Notes under the pieces: generated by a model | The model's input: the letters and a program-made list of their open reading frames with translations, nothing else | Databases searched by the model: none | What the model was told of the DNA's origin: nothing | Source: Bacteroidales bacterium | GTDB lineage: Bacteria; Bacteroidota; Bacteroidia; Bacteroidales; VadinHA17 | Assembly: GCA_034002885.1 (NCBI GenBank) | Contig: JAVEZS010000004.1 | Location: 48,135 to 112,134, forward strand | Length of the DNA: 64,000 nucleotides | Direction: 5' to 3' | Translations under genes and position numbers: made by a program | Shown: piece by piece, positions 28,822 to 37,644 of the stretch | How the letters are laid out: every line of letters starts with the position of its first letter | Numbering within the stretch: position 1 is the stretch's first letter

Positions 28822-30771
28822 TCAATTATATGGAAGCAGGGCAGGTGGCCCTGGTTCAAAATTGCCTTGTTCAAGAAGATGTTCACCCGAGATCCTAATC
28901 AGATCGGTCCTGGAAAAGTCGGGGACGACAGGGAAAAAACCGATCCGTATCTGAAAAGTGTTCAATATGAGATTGTCGTTCCTTATTCTCAGGCCCAGAC
29001 CCAGTACTGAAACAAAATCTCCTTTCATTACTGGTTCATTCAAACCGAAAAGCACACCGGCGTCGGCAAATCCGAAGATAGCAAACCTGAAACCGTAAAA
29101 ATTAAACGGGCTGAAGAGGACTGATTCGATGCCTGCCGTGAGCCTCTGAGCGTTTGATGTTGAATCGTTCCTGAAAAGCGACATGCCGTTCCTGCTTGTG
29201 AAAAATAACTTTTCGTCAGCGTACCGGTCAAAGCCTCTTGTGTATTCTGCTGAAATAAAAGTTCTTATTCTGGAGGTTCCTATATTGAGAAGCCTTGTAT
29301 AGTAGTTTGTATTGACCGAGAAGACTCCCTGTTCGGTCTTATGCCCGTTAAGGAACGACCCTGCTCCTGCCGATAATCTAAGGTAACCAAGGCTGCCTAT
29401 TGAATGGCCGAAGGAAGCAGATCCTGCAAAATATGTCCTGTCTTTGAACTCGTTGAATTCCCTTCCTCCTGTTATTTTCACAGAGCCCCCGAAAGGGATG
29501 TCTTCGGTTCTTCCGTAGCTGTAAATCAGATTGGCTTTATAAAACCTCTGTGTTGAATAGGAGACAGAACCAAGCAGCATTTTATATTTCTGATAGTTGT
29601 GGAAGGAATCGGGTGGAATGAAAGGGTTGTCGTAAACATTGTTGTTGGTATACCTGACTCCGAAAATAAGCCTTGTTGCCGATTCCCTGTTTAAAAGAAA
29701 GGATCTTTGAAGCCAGTAGTTCTGAAGGGTGTATTTTACCGGCGCAGGCAGTTCTGTAAGACCATGATCTTCAGTTATTGACACTCTTCTTATCGAGATA
29801 CCTACTGCATACCTGGTATCGGTGCTGACAAGATTCCGGCTAAGGCTAAAGCCGTATGAATTTCTTCCAAGTCCGTCATTGAAATGGAGATTGAGGTTGG
29901 AAAATGTTTTTAGGATATTGTTAATCTGATAGTAGGCTCCAAGGCCGGGAGAACTGGAGTACCTTGAATCCCAGGGGATTTCAATTCCGAATTCATGACC
30001 CATACCGAAGATATTATTGTCGAAAACCGCTACTGAACCTCTTTCAATTCCTTTGAGTGATATGCGGCCTCCCAGCGAGTAGATATCTTTTGTAACAACA
30101 ACTATATCTGCTTCCTCATCCGAGACCTGGCTTACCATGATCCTGGCATCATCGATTCCGGGAAGGTTCCTGAGCAGACGTTCGTTATCTCCCATGGTAA
30201 GTGGTGAAAGTGTGTCTCCTTTATGGAAAAGAAGGTACCTCCTGATAATAAATTCGTTGGTGCTGATGTGGGTTTTGTTGAGGATATTTTCGATTTTATT
30301 TGGAGTTGAAAGCTCGGGATCGTAGATACTTGTACCGAAAACATTGAGCCTTTTTATCTCTATATTCCTGATCTTAAGTCCTCTGAAGCCGCCGAAGTTT
30401 TCTTCGTCCGATTCATGGACAGTCTCTGTATTGATATGGCCATGAGGGCGGATTACTATGTCATATAATCTCTGCGTGATAATCCTTTTTGATGCTTTGG
30501 TTCTTAAAGTGTCAAGAAAGCTTATTGTTCTTTCCCTGTCCCTGTCTTGCAACGGAAGCAGCTGATAGCCATGGGGAATAGGGAGAGCTACAGGGAAGAC
30601 ACTTATGAAACCCGTTTCTGCACGGTTTATTATAACCGGCCTGTTCATGACCGTATCGGTCGTGACAGAGACCTGAGAGTATGAAAAGCAAAACAGGAAA
30701 AAGAATACCGAGAATGAGATCACCCTCTTTTGGTTCGGACCACCGGCACTATTATGAAATTCATGTTTCAT
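28822..30771 (-). CDS. Putative outer-membrane protein, POTRA + beta-barrel (BamA/surface-antigen-like)
   Basis: Start trimmed to ATG 30771, giving a signal peptide (VISFSVFFFLFCFSYSQ). A POTRA-like segment (IRNIEIKRLNVFGT...GDTLSP...RLLRNLPGIDDARI) is followed by an alternating aromatic beta-strand pattern. Confidence 0.6.
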   Translation of the reverse strand: MKHEFHNSAGGPNQKRVISFSVFFFLFCFSYSQVSVTTDTVMNRPVIINRAETGFISVFPVALPIPHGYQLLPLQDRDRERTISFLDTLRTKASKRIITQRLYDIVIRPHGHINTETVHESDEENFGGFRGLKIRNIEIKRLNVFGTSIYDPELSTPNKIENILNKTHISTNEFIIRRYLLFHKGDTLSPLTMGDNERLLRNLPGIDDARIMVSQVSDEEADIVVVTKDIYSLGGRISLKGIERGSVAVFDNNIFGMGHEFGIEIPWDSRYSSSPGLGAYYQINNILKTFSNLNLHFNDGLGRNSYGFSLSRNLVSTDTRYAVGISIRRVSITEDHGLTELPAPVKYTLQNYWLQRSFLLNRESATRLIFGVRYTNNNVYDNPFIPPDSFHNYQKYKMLLGSVSYSTQRFYKANLIYSYGRTEDIPFGGSVKITGGREFNEFKDRTYFAGSASFGHSIGSLGYLRLSAGAGSFLNGHKTEQGVFSVNTNYYTRLLNIGTSRIRTFISAEYTRGFDRYADEKLFFTSRNGMSLFRNDSTSNAQRLTAGIESVLFSPFNFYGFRFAIFGFADAGVLFGLNEPVMKGDFVSVLGLGLRIRNDNLILNTFQIRIGFFPVVPDFSRTDLIRISGEHLLEQGNFEPGPPALLPYN

Positions 30772-31471
30772 GTGAGTTTTTAAGCAACACGTCGTCCGAG
30801 TTAAACTGGAATCCAAGACGTTTACCGGTAATTATCCTGGAGTGTTGAATTTTTGCTTCAGCCTGTCCGACTGTGGCGATCTTTACTGTATCGTACGGCG
30901 GTACCAGAAGGTCAAATTCGAGAGAATACTGTATAGCAGTGGAAATAATAACCTGAAGAGCTGACCGGCTTATTGCTTCGTTGCCGTAGTTTGAAAAGAG
31001 CATTCCCATCTGTCGTTTGCCTTCGACAAGATACTGATTCTCGTGGTTGATGAAAATCCTGGCTATGAGATATCCAAGGTCATCCAGCCTGGAGTACTTG
31101 AATGAATCAAATAAGAAGTTGTAGATGTTTATTATTCCGGAATATGCATTTAACTTGTTTTTCTGAATGTAAGGGGTCTTCCATGCCGGGTGTTCCCTGT
31201 CGAACTGGAAAATATTAGAATGCATGCTGAAAAGCAGTATATCGCCCGCTACCTTAAGCTGAGCATCGAAATTGCTTCTGTCGGTGTATTCAAGCTTCAC
31301 CCTCGGATCGGTATTTCCAAGGTTTGAGTTGACATCCCTTGACAGGTTCTTAAGTATGTCCTTGATAACACCAAACCATTCAAAGGTATTATCATATACC
31401 TTTTCCTTAAGAGTCGACTTCTGCCTGAGTGTTGTAATTATCGAATTCTTTTTGTCTTCGAGTTCCGACAT
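30761..31471 (-). CDS. Hypothetical cytoplasmic protein
   Basis: 236-aa ORF with no signal peptide and no family recognised. Its stop overlaps the downstream OMP gene start by 11 nt. Confidence 0.55.
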   Translation of the reverse strand: MSELEDKKNSIITTLRQKSTLKEKVYDNTFEWFGVIKDILKNLSRDVNSNLGNTDPRVKLEYTDRSNFDAQLKVAGDILLFSMHSNIFQFDREHPAWKTPYIQKNKLNAYSGIINIYNFLFDSFKYSRLDDLGYLIARIFINHENQYLVEGKRQMGMLFSNYGNEAISRSALQVIISTAIQYSLEFDLLVPPYDTVKIATVGQAEAKIQHSRIITGKRLGFQFNSDDVLLKNSHET

Positions 31472-31535
31472 GACTTATATAATTTGGTTTTGTATTCGAC
31501 TAAATTAGCAATTATTTTAAAATATCCTTCCTGGT

Positions 31536-33011
31536 CTAATATGATCTGGCGAACAATACCCTTCTGGCCGAGGGTTTTCCGGAATATATGCATTTCCCTT
31601 CCTCAGGAGCAGTGTCGAAAGGAATGCATCTGATAGTTGCCTTCGTCTCTTCCTTTATTTTCTCTTCTGTTGCAATGGTTCCGTCCCAGTGTGCCATTAC
31701 AAAACCCCCTTTGTTCTCAATAATATCCACAAAATCAGCCCATGTATCGGCATGGTAAGTATTATCTGACCTGAACTGCAGTGCTTTTCTGAATATGTTC
31801 GCCTGAATTGTTTCAAGCAGAGCGGGGATGTAGTTGTCAAGATCAGATACTTTTATTGTCTCTTTTTCGAGTGTATCCCTTCTAGCAACCTCGATTGTGT
31901 CGTTTTCAAGATCGCGGGGTCCCATTGCAAGTCTGACAGGTACTCCCTTAAGTTCGTAATCGGCAAATTTCCATCCGGGCTTGTTGTTGTCCCTGTCGTC
32001 ATATTTTACTGATATACCTTCTTTTTCAAGCCTTGTTTTTATTGATTTTGCCTTTTCGGTTATACTTACCAGCTGTTCGTCTGTTTTGTAGATCGGAATT
32101 ATTACAACCTGGATGGGAGCAAGTTTTGGAGGAAGTACAAGACCGTGATTATCTGAATGCGCCATAATCAGAGCTCCGACCATTCTTGTTGAAAGACCCC
32201 AGGAAGTAGCCCAGACATAGTCGAGCTTTCCTGTTTTGTCGGTAAACTGTACATCAAAAGCCCTTGCAAAGTTTTGCCCCAGAAAATGGCTTGTGCCTGC
32301 CTGGAGCGCTTTACCGTCCTGCATAAGGGCTTCTATCGTATATGTGTCGATAGCACCTGCAAAACGTTCATTTTCGCTCTTGGATCCCTTAATAACAGGT
32401 AATGCCATATAATTTTCGGCGAAATCAGCATAGACGTTTATCATCCTTTCGGTCTCTTCAATGGCTTCTTCACTGGTCGAGTGAGCCGTATGGCCTTCCT
32501 GCCACAGGAATTCGGCAGTCCTCAAAAACAGCCTTGTTCTCATTTCCCACCTTACTACATTGGCCCATTGATTTATAAGTATTGGCAGATCGCGGTACGA
32601 CTGGATCCAGTTCTTATAAGAATGCCATATTATTGTTTCGGAGGTCGGCCTTATTATCAGTTCCTCCTCTAGTTTTGCTGCCGGATCGACAATAATGCCC
32701 TTTCCTGTTTCATCGTTTTTAAGCCTGTAGTGAGTCACAACCGCACATTCCTTTGCAAAACCCTGAACATGTGCCGCCTCACGGCTGAAAAATGATTTTG
32801 GAATGAAAAGAGGGAAGTATGCGTTAACGTGCCCTGTGGCCTTGAACATCCTGTCGAGTTCAGCCTGTATCTTCTCCCATATTGCATAACCATATGGCTT
32901 GATAACCATGCACCCTCTTACCGCTGAATTCTCAGCCAGTTCTGCTTTGATAACCAGGTCGTTATACCATTGTGCATAATTATCATCCCTGTTTGTAAGA
33001 AACTTTGCCAT
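31536..33011 (-). CDS. proS: Proline--tRNA ligase (archaeal/eukaryotic-type class IIa)
   Basis: 491 aa with class II motifs ([26 protein letters not shown]) and a C-terminal zinc-binding-type domain ending in Y. Confidence 0.95.
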   Translation of the reverse strand: MAKFLTNRDDNYAQWYNDLVIKAELAENSAVRGCMVIKPYGYAIWEKIQAELDRMFKATGHVNAYFPLFIPKSFFSREAAHVQGFAKECAVVTHYRLKNDETGKGIIVDPAAKLEEELIIRPTSETIIWHSYKNWIQSYRDLPILINQWANVVRWEMRTRLFLRTAEFLWQEGHTAHSTSEEAIEETERMINVYADFAENYMALPVIKGSKSENERFAGAIDTYTIEALMQDGKALQAGTSHFLGQNFARAFDVQFTDKTGKLDYVWATSWGLSTRMVGALIMAHSDNHGLVLPPKLAPIQVVIIPIYKTDEQLVSITEKAKSIKTRLEKEGISVKYDDRDNNKPGWKFADYELKGVPVRLAMGPRDLENDTIEVARRDTLEKETIKVSDLDNYIPALLETIQANIFRKALQFRSDNTYHADTWADFVDIIENKGGFVMAHWDGTIATEEKIKEETKATIRCIPFDTAPEEGKCIYSGKPSARRVLFARSY

Positions 33012-33118
33012 TGTCTGGTATAATATTTGTTTGGAATAAATTGTTTAAAACCGGTCGTAAAAATAGCTAAATCCTGATATTATTAGTAATCATTTACAGG
33101 TAGCCGGCTTAAAATAAA

Positions 33119-33149
33119 ATTGGTACTTTTACAAAAAAGGTTAAATTTG
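33119..33149 (+). promoter_or_regulatory. Candidate Bacteroidota sigma-A promoter (TTTG-N19-TAAATTTG)
   Basis: -33 TTTG at 33119-33122 and -7 TAAATTTG at 33142-33149, with a 19-nt spacer. About 105 nt upstream of ATG 33254. Confidence 0.45.
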
Positions 33150-33253
33150 CTGAAAACCAAAAACCTGATAAGCAAAAAGATCAATTGAAATATTTGGTAC
33201 AGAATTTGATATTCTATATTTAGGATTGAAAAACTGAAATAAACTACAAAACA

Positions 33254-34612
33254 ATGAAAGCATCTAATTACATATTCGGAATTGCACTCTTCACTCTGGC
33301 CTCCTGCTCGTCAGGCCTTTATGTGGGAACTGAATATGATGACCTCTACTACCAGAGTACAGATCAGCCGGTAACAAGAGTTGCTTCACAGGGCAGCCGC
33401 CAGATGGCTGAAAGTGACCTTAGATCAGAAGCATATTATGACAACATATATGCAAAAGACACACTGGTATCAGATGAATATTCGGATGCTGTTGATTATG
33501 ACGATGCAAGAGAATACGATGATTATTACGGTTATTATGATAATTATTCCTATGCCGGAAGGCTGAACAGGTTTTATGGTAACTATTTCAACCCGTACTG
33601 GAGAGATCCGTTCTACTACAGCTGGTACCCCTCATTCAGGTTCAATAACTACTACGGAGGATTCCCATACTCATACTATGATCCTTTCTACTACGACTAC
33701 TACAGCCCTTATTCATATTATGATCCCTTCTACTCCGGAGGTTATTACGGAAGCTATTACGGAAGATATTACTACGGAGGCATGTATGGATATTATCCCT
33801 ACCATTACGGTTCCTACTACCATCCCTATACCTACAATTACAGGGACGGCTACAGTGCTGACTATGGACGAAGGGAGCGACCCAGCACACTTTCCACAAG
33901 ATGGCAGGGAGGATCTTCTTCAGCTGCTTCAGGAACGCCCTCGGCAACTGACGGATCGCGCAGGGTGACTGACCCGGCAACTGGATCAGCATCAGGGGCA
34001 GCCTCAGGAGCTGTACCATCCTCAAGACGCACTGCGGTTCAGCCAGGATCGCGTGAGACTGTATCGTCTGTCGGCAAGGAAGGAACACAGCAACCTGCCA
34101 GCAAGGGAACAGAGAGTGTTACAGGAACCCAGACCAGGAGGATCCCCGCTGCAACAAGACCTGAGTACAATTCTGTGAACAGAAGCTATACCCCCAGTTA
34201 TAACGATCCTAAAATGAGCACAAGGCCGTCATACAACAACACGAGGACCAATACCAACCAGGGTGTTGAAAGGAGAACCAACAGCGGCGTCAGCACGACA
34301 AGACCTTCGGTCATCCAGCGTATTCCCCAGAATTCAGGAACAGGCAGAAGCAGCTCTCCTTCCTATTCTGTACCCTCGCAGAACCGATCTAACTCCTCAT
34401 ACGGCGGTTCGGGTACCTACTCTGTTCCCTCATCGCGCAGAAGCTCCGGAACCGGTTATTCATCCGGCTCCTTCAGTGGTGGAAGCAGATCATCCATTGG
34501 CAGCGGATCTTCAGGATCTTATTCAGGTGGAGGCTCATATTCATCAGGATCATCTTCTTCCAGAAGCAGCGGTTCATCATCAGGCTCTTCTTCCGGAAGC
34601 AGAAGACCATAA
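33254..34612 (+). CDS. Tyr-rich / Ser-Gly-rich low-complexity lipoprotein
   Basis: Lipobox LASC (Cys18). An acidic Y/D segment is followed by an extreme Tyr/Pro/Gly core and a long S/T/G/R tail with [GS]Y[GS] repeats. It is the only frame giving a signal peptide and an uninterrupted 452-aa ORF. Confidence 0.7.
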   Translation: MKASNYIFGIALFTLASCSSGLYVGTEYDDLYYQSTDQPVTRVASQGSRQMAESDLRSEAYYDNIYAKDTLVSDEYSDAVDYDDAREYDDYYGYYDNYSYAGRLNRFYGNYFNPYWRDPFYYSWYPSFRFNNYYGGFPYSYYDPFYYDYYSPYSYYDPFYSGGYYGSYYGRYYYGGMYGYYPYHYGSYYHPYTYNYRDGYSADYGRRERPSTLSTRWQGGSSSAASGTPSATDGSRRVTDPATGSASGAASGAVPSSRRTAVQPGSRETVSSVGKEGTQQPASKGTESVTGTQTRRIPAATRPEYNSVNRSYTPSYNDPKMSTRPSYNNTRTNTNQGVERRTNSGVSTTRPSVIQRIPQNSGTGRSSSPSYSVPSQNRSNSSYGGSGTYSVPSSRRSSGTGYSSGSFSGGSRSSIGSGSSGSYSGGGSYSSGSSSSRSSGSSSGSSSGSRRP

Positions 34613-34694
34613 TTAAAACTTAAATATAATATGGCTGATTCTCATTCTAATTAAAGGAGTGCAGCCATACTCATAAACAAAATTCTAAAATGCG

Positions 34695-36176
34695 ATGAAA
34701 AAAATTGCAATAATAACAGCAGCATTGATCCTGACAATCCAGGGACTTACTGCCCAGAACGTCGATGATGCTTTAAGATATTCACAGATTTTCTATACAG
34801 GTACGGCACGATTCATGTCGATGGGGGGAGCCTTCACAGCTCTTGGCGGGGATTTGTCGACCCTGAGCCAGAATCCTGGAGGACTCGGCGTTTTCAGAAC
34901 ATCAGAGATATCTGTTTCGCCCCAGCTCTTTCACAAAAGTACTGAGGCTAACTTTAACGGCCTCAACAAAGATTATCTGTATAATTTCAACCTCGGACAG
35001 GCTGGTATCGTAAGTAATCTCATTTCGTCAGGGGGTACCAGCGGGCTGATATCGTTGAACGTGGGCTATTCCTTTAACAAGACAAACAACCTGCACTCAA
35101 CCGTAAGAATACAGGGCAACAGTACTTCCAGTTCAATGGCAGATTACTGGGCTGATGACAGTTACGGTACTTATTATGCAGACCTGTCTGGAGCCGCAGG
35201 CCTTGCTTATGATGCATGGGTGATTGACACAATAACGGGATCAGATGCAATAGCTTACGGAACAGTGTTCTCATTTTATGGTGATAATCCGGGGTCAGAT
35301 TATGGTCAGAACATCAGGCGCCTGATCACTAACGAGGGATATACGGGTGAACATGCAATATCAATTGGAGGCAACTATTCGAACAAGATCTATTTCGGAG
35401 CAACACTCGGGATAAACACAATCCGCTATACAGGCCATTATGAGCATCTTGAAAAAGCCGATTACTACCTCGACTCGGGTTTCAGCGATTTTACCTATAC
35501 CGAGCACTTTGAAAATACAGGTACGGGAGTTTCTGTCAAGATCGGCGCAATCTTTAAACCCGTTGAGGAACTAAGGATCGGACTAGCTTTCCATTCACCT
35601 GTGTATTACAAGATCGATGAATATTTCTACGATAATATAAGTGCCAATTATACTGACAACAGTCGTTATGAATTCTCCAATGACCCCCTCAGATATAATT
35701 ACGCGCTTACAACTCCCTTCAGAGCCCTTGCAGGAATTGCCTATCAGTATGAGAAACTGGGTATGCTGAGTGTTGATTATGAATTTGTGGATTACAGCAC
35801 TGCTAAATTTTCAGAAACCGGAGACAACTACGATTACAGTGAAAAAAACCTTGAAATAAAAAATACCCTGAGACCTTCTCATAATATCAGGATAGGAGGG
35901 GAAGCACGGATAGAAAAGTTTTATCTCAGGGGCGGATATGGTTATTACGGAAAAGCCTTCAGAGACAAGAAACTGAATGAAGAACTTGATTACAGGACTT
36001 TGTCTTTTGGAGCAGGTTACCGGGAACAGAACCTTAACATTGACTTTGGTTTCACAAACCTTAAGGATGACCAGAAATATGTCCTTTACGAAACTGCCTC
36101 ATCCTTAGCAATGGCAGGACTAACGAGCAACAGGAACATTTTTACGGTAACCCTTGGGTATAAGTTCGGATTTTAA
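34695..36176 (+). CDS. Outer-membrane beta-barrel protein, FadL/PorV-like family
   Basis: Signal peptide. N-terminal TARFMSMGGAFTALGGDLSTLSQNPGGLG motif is typical of FadL/OmpP1/PorV-type barrels. C-terminal ...LGYKFGF ends in the usual OMP terminal Phe. Confidence 0.7.
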   Translation: MKKIAIITAALILTIQGLTAQNVDDALRYSQIFYTGTARFMSMGGAFTALGGDLSTLSQNPGGLGVFRTSEISVSPQLFHKSTEANFNGLNKDYLYNFNLGQAGIVSNLISSGGTSGLISLNVGYSFNKTNNLHSTVRIQGNSTSSSMADYWADDSYGTYYADLSGAAGLAYDAWVIDTITGSDAIAYGTVFSFYGDNPGSDYGQNIRRLITNEGYTGEHAISIGGNYSNKIYFGATLGINTIRYTGHYEHLEKADYYLDSGFSDFTYTEHFENTGTGVSVKIGAIFKPVEELRIGLAFHSPVYYKIDEYFYDNISANYTDNSRYEFSNDPLRYNYALTTPFRALAGIAYQYEKLGMLSVDYEFVDYSTAKFSETGDNYDYSEKNLEIKNTLRPSHNIRIGGEARIEKFYLRGGYGYYGKAFRDKKLNEELDYRTLSFGAGYREQNLNIDFGFTNLKDDQKYVLYETASSLAMAGLTSNRNIFTVTLGYKFGF

Positions 36177-36206
36177 TACTTTGATTTGATTAATAACTAA
36201 TGATTA

Positions 36207-36266
36207 AAGGCCGGATCAAAGTCCTTTACTTCTAGGCGGGACTTTTTTCCGGCTTTGCTTTTTAAT
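36207..36266 (+). terminator. Long hairpin terminator between convergent genes (possibly bidirectional)
   Basis: GGCCGGA (36209-15) pairs with TCCGGCT (36248-54), with one G-U pair. AAAGTCC (36218-24) pairs with GGACTTT (36039+200, i.e. 36239-45). The loop is 14 nt and TTTGCTTTTT follows. Confidence 0.6.
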
Positions 36267-36270
36267 ACTT

Positions 36271-36879
36271 TCAAAGAAATGAACCGGCATCAGGTCCGGT
36301 AGTGAATATTAGGTCGATAATACTCAGATCAGGAACGAACGTACCCTGGTCAAAAACCTGTATATAAGGTTTTTGTTCCACCCCTGGTTTATTTCCCGGG
36401 GAGATTGTGTATCTGTAATCATTCGATGATGTTCCGTCGGGCGGTATAAAAGAAGAGGACGGATGGAATGACCTGTCGAGTCTGAGTATTTCAAGACATT
36501 TCTTTAAAAGTACTTCATTGAGGTCGACAAGGAACCTGAACTCCTTAGCTATTATCCTTATGAACTCATCCGAATAGAACTGGTAGAAGGGCGATCGCCC
36601 GTAGCATGAGGCAATGGCCCGCAGGTGTACCTGTTGCCAACGCTTCGAATAATCGATGGTAACATCTCTGACAGGAGCCTTCGTCCTGCCTCTCCTGGTA
36701 ACAGGGACACTTAGAATAAGAATTCCCTGAGGACCCAATATCCTGCATCTGTTCCTGTATGTCTGCCTGTTGTAATTCTCGTTATACTCCAGCAGAAAAG
36801 ATACGGAATTCAGGATACGGGAGAAATATTCTACAGGCGGAAGATAGGCCGTGGAAAGGAGTATCTGTTCTCCGTTCAT
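36271..36879 (-). CDS. WbqC-family protein (function unknown)
   Basis: N-terminus LLSTAYLPPVEYFSRI...YNRQTYRNRCRILGPQG matches my recollection of the WbqC-like family. Starts 10 nt after the larB stop. Confidence 0.75.
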   Translation of the reverse strand: MNGEQILLSTAYLPPVEYFSRILNSVSFLLEYNENYNRQTYRNRCRILGPQGILILSVPVTRRGRTKAPVRDVTIDYSKRWQQVHLRAIASCYGRSPFYQFYSDEFIRIIAKEFRFLVDLNEVLLKKCLEILRLDRSFHPSSSFIPPDGTSSNDYRYTISPGNKPGVEQKPYIQVFDQGTFVPDLSIIDLIFTTGPDAGSFL

Positions 36880-36889
36880 TTGCTGAGGT

Positions 36890-37636
36890 TCACTTCATCT
36901 GATTTATCATGCTTGCCGAAAAAGCGGCTCCAAATCCGTTGTCGATATTAACAACTGTTACTCCTGCCGAACAGCTTGTCAGCATTGCAAGAAGGGCTGA
37001 AATACCGCCGAAACTAGCTCCGTAGCCTACACTTGTGGGTACTGCAATCACAGGTTTATCAACGAGCCCTCCCACAACACTGGCCAGTGCTCCCTCCATA
37101 CCGGCAATAACTATGATCACACGGCATTTTCTTATTTCAGGAAGCTTTTCGACAAGGCGATGAATACCGGCCACACCGGCATCATATATCCTCAGTACTT
37201 CATTCCCAAGTAGTTCTGCAGTTACAGCTGCTTCCTCTGCAACCGGCATGTCTGATGTACCAGCTGTTATCACTGCAATTCGGGGTTTGGGTGCAGGTTT
37301 CTTCTTTTGAACACTTATTATCCTGGCAACAGCATAATATACTGCTGAAGGAACAAATTCCTTAACTGAATTGTACATCGCACCGTTGGCTCTGGTCCCG
37401 ATGACATTGTTCTCTCTTTCAGCCATCAGTCTGAATATACCGGCTACCTGTTCCTCCGTTTTTCCGGCACAGTACACTATTTCAGGATATCCTGTCCGTA
37501 GTTCCCTGTGATGGTCAATTTTTGCATAACCCAGATCAGTGAAGGGGAAATCCCTCAGCCTTTCAATAGTCTGGTCGATACTGATTTTCCCGCCTGTGAG
37601 CTCTTTCAGGAGCTTTTCTAATTCGCTTCGGGTCAT
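36890..37636 (-). CDS. larB: LarB, NPN-cofactor biosynthesis carboxylase/hydrolase (PurE-like)
   Basis: DHHRELRTGYPEIVYCAGKT followed by a PurE/AIR-carboxylase-like Rossmann domain (ITAGTSDMPVAEEA...GMEGALASVVGG). Confidence 0.88.
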   Translation of the reverse strand: MTRSELEKLLKELTGGKISIDQTIERLRDFPFTDLGYAKIDHHRELRTGYPEIVYCAGKTEEQVAGIFRLMAERENNVIGTRANGAMYNSVKEFVPSAVYYAVARIISVQKKKPAPKPRIAVITAGTSDMPVAEEAAVTAELLGNEVLRIYDAGVAGIHRLVEKLPEIRKCRVIIVIAGMEGALASVVGGLVDKPVIAVPTSVGYGASFGGISALLAMLTSCSAGVTVVNIDNGFGAAFSASMINQMK

Positions 37637-37644
37637 TATAATTC

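Noticed and set aside
33381-34616. Four additional ORFs (61-148 aa) in other frames and on the opposite strand of the Tyr-rich gene
   Set aside because: The codon-level repetitiveness (TAY/GGN/AGY runs) keeps several frames open. Only the 33254 frame has a lipoprotein signal, a promoter and an uninterrupted 452-aa ORF.
34613-34694. Hairpin TATGGCTG…CAGCCATA between the Tyr-rich gene and the FadL/PorV-like gene, considered as a terminator
   Set aside because: The 8-bp stem has a 24-nt loop and no T tract, so it is more likely a weak processing or attenuating structure or a chance pairing. The two genes may still be co-transcribed.
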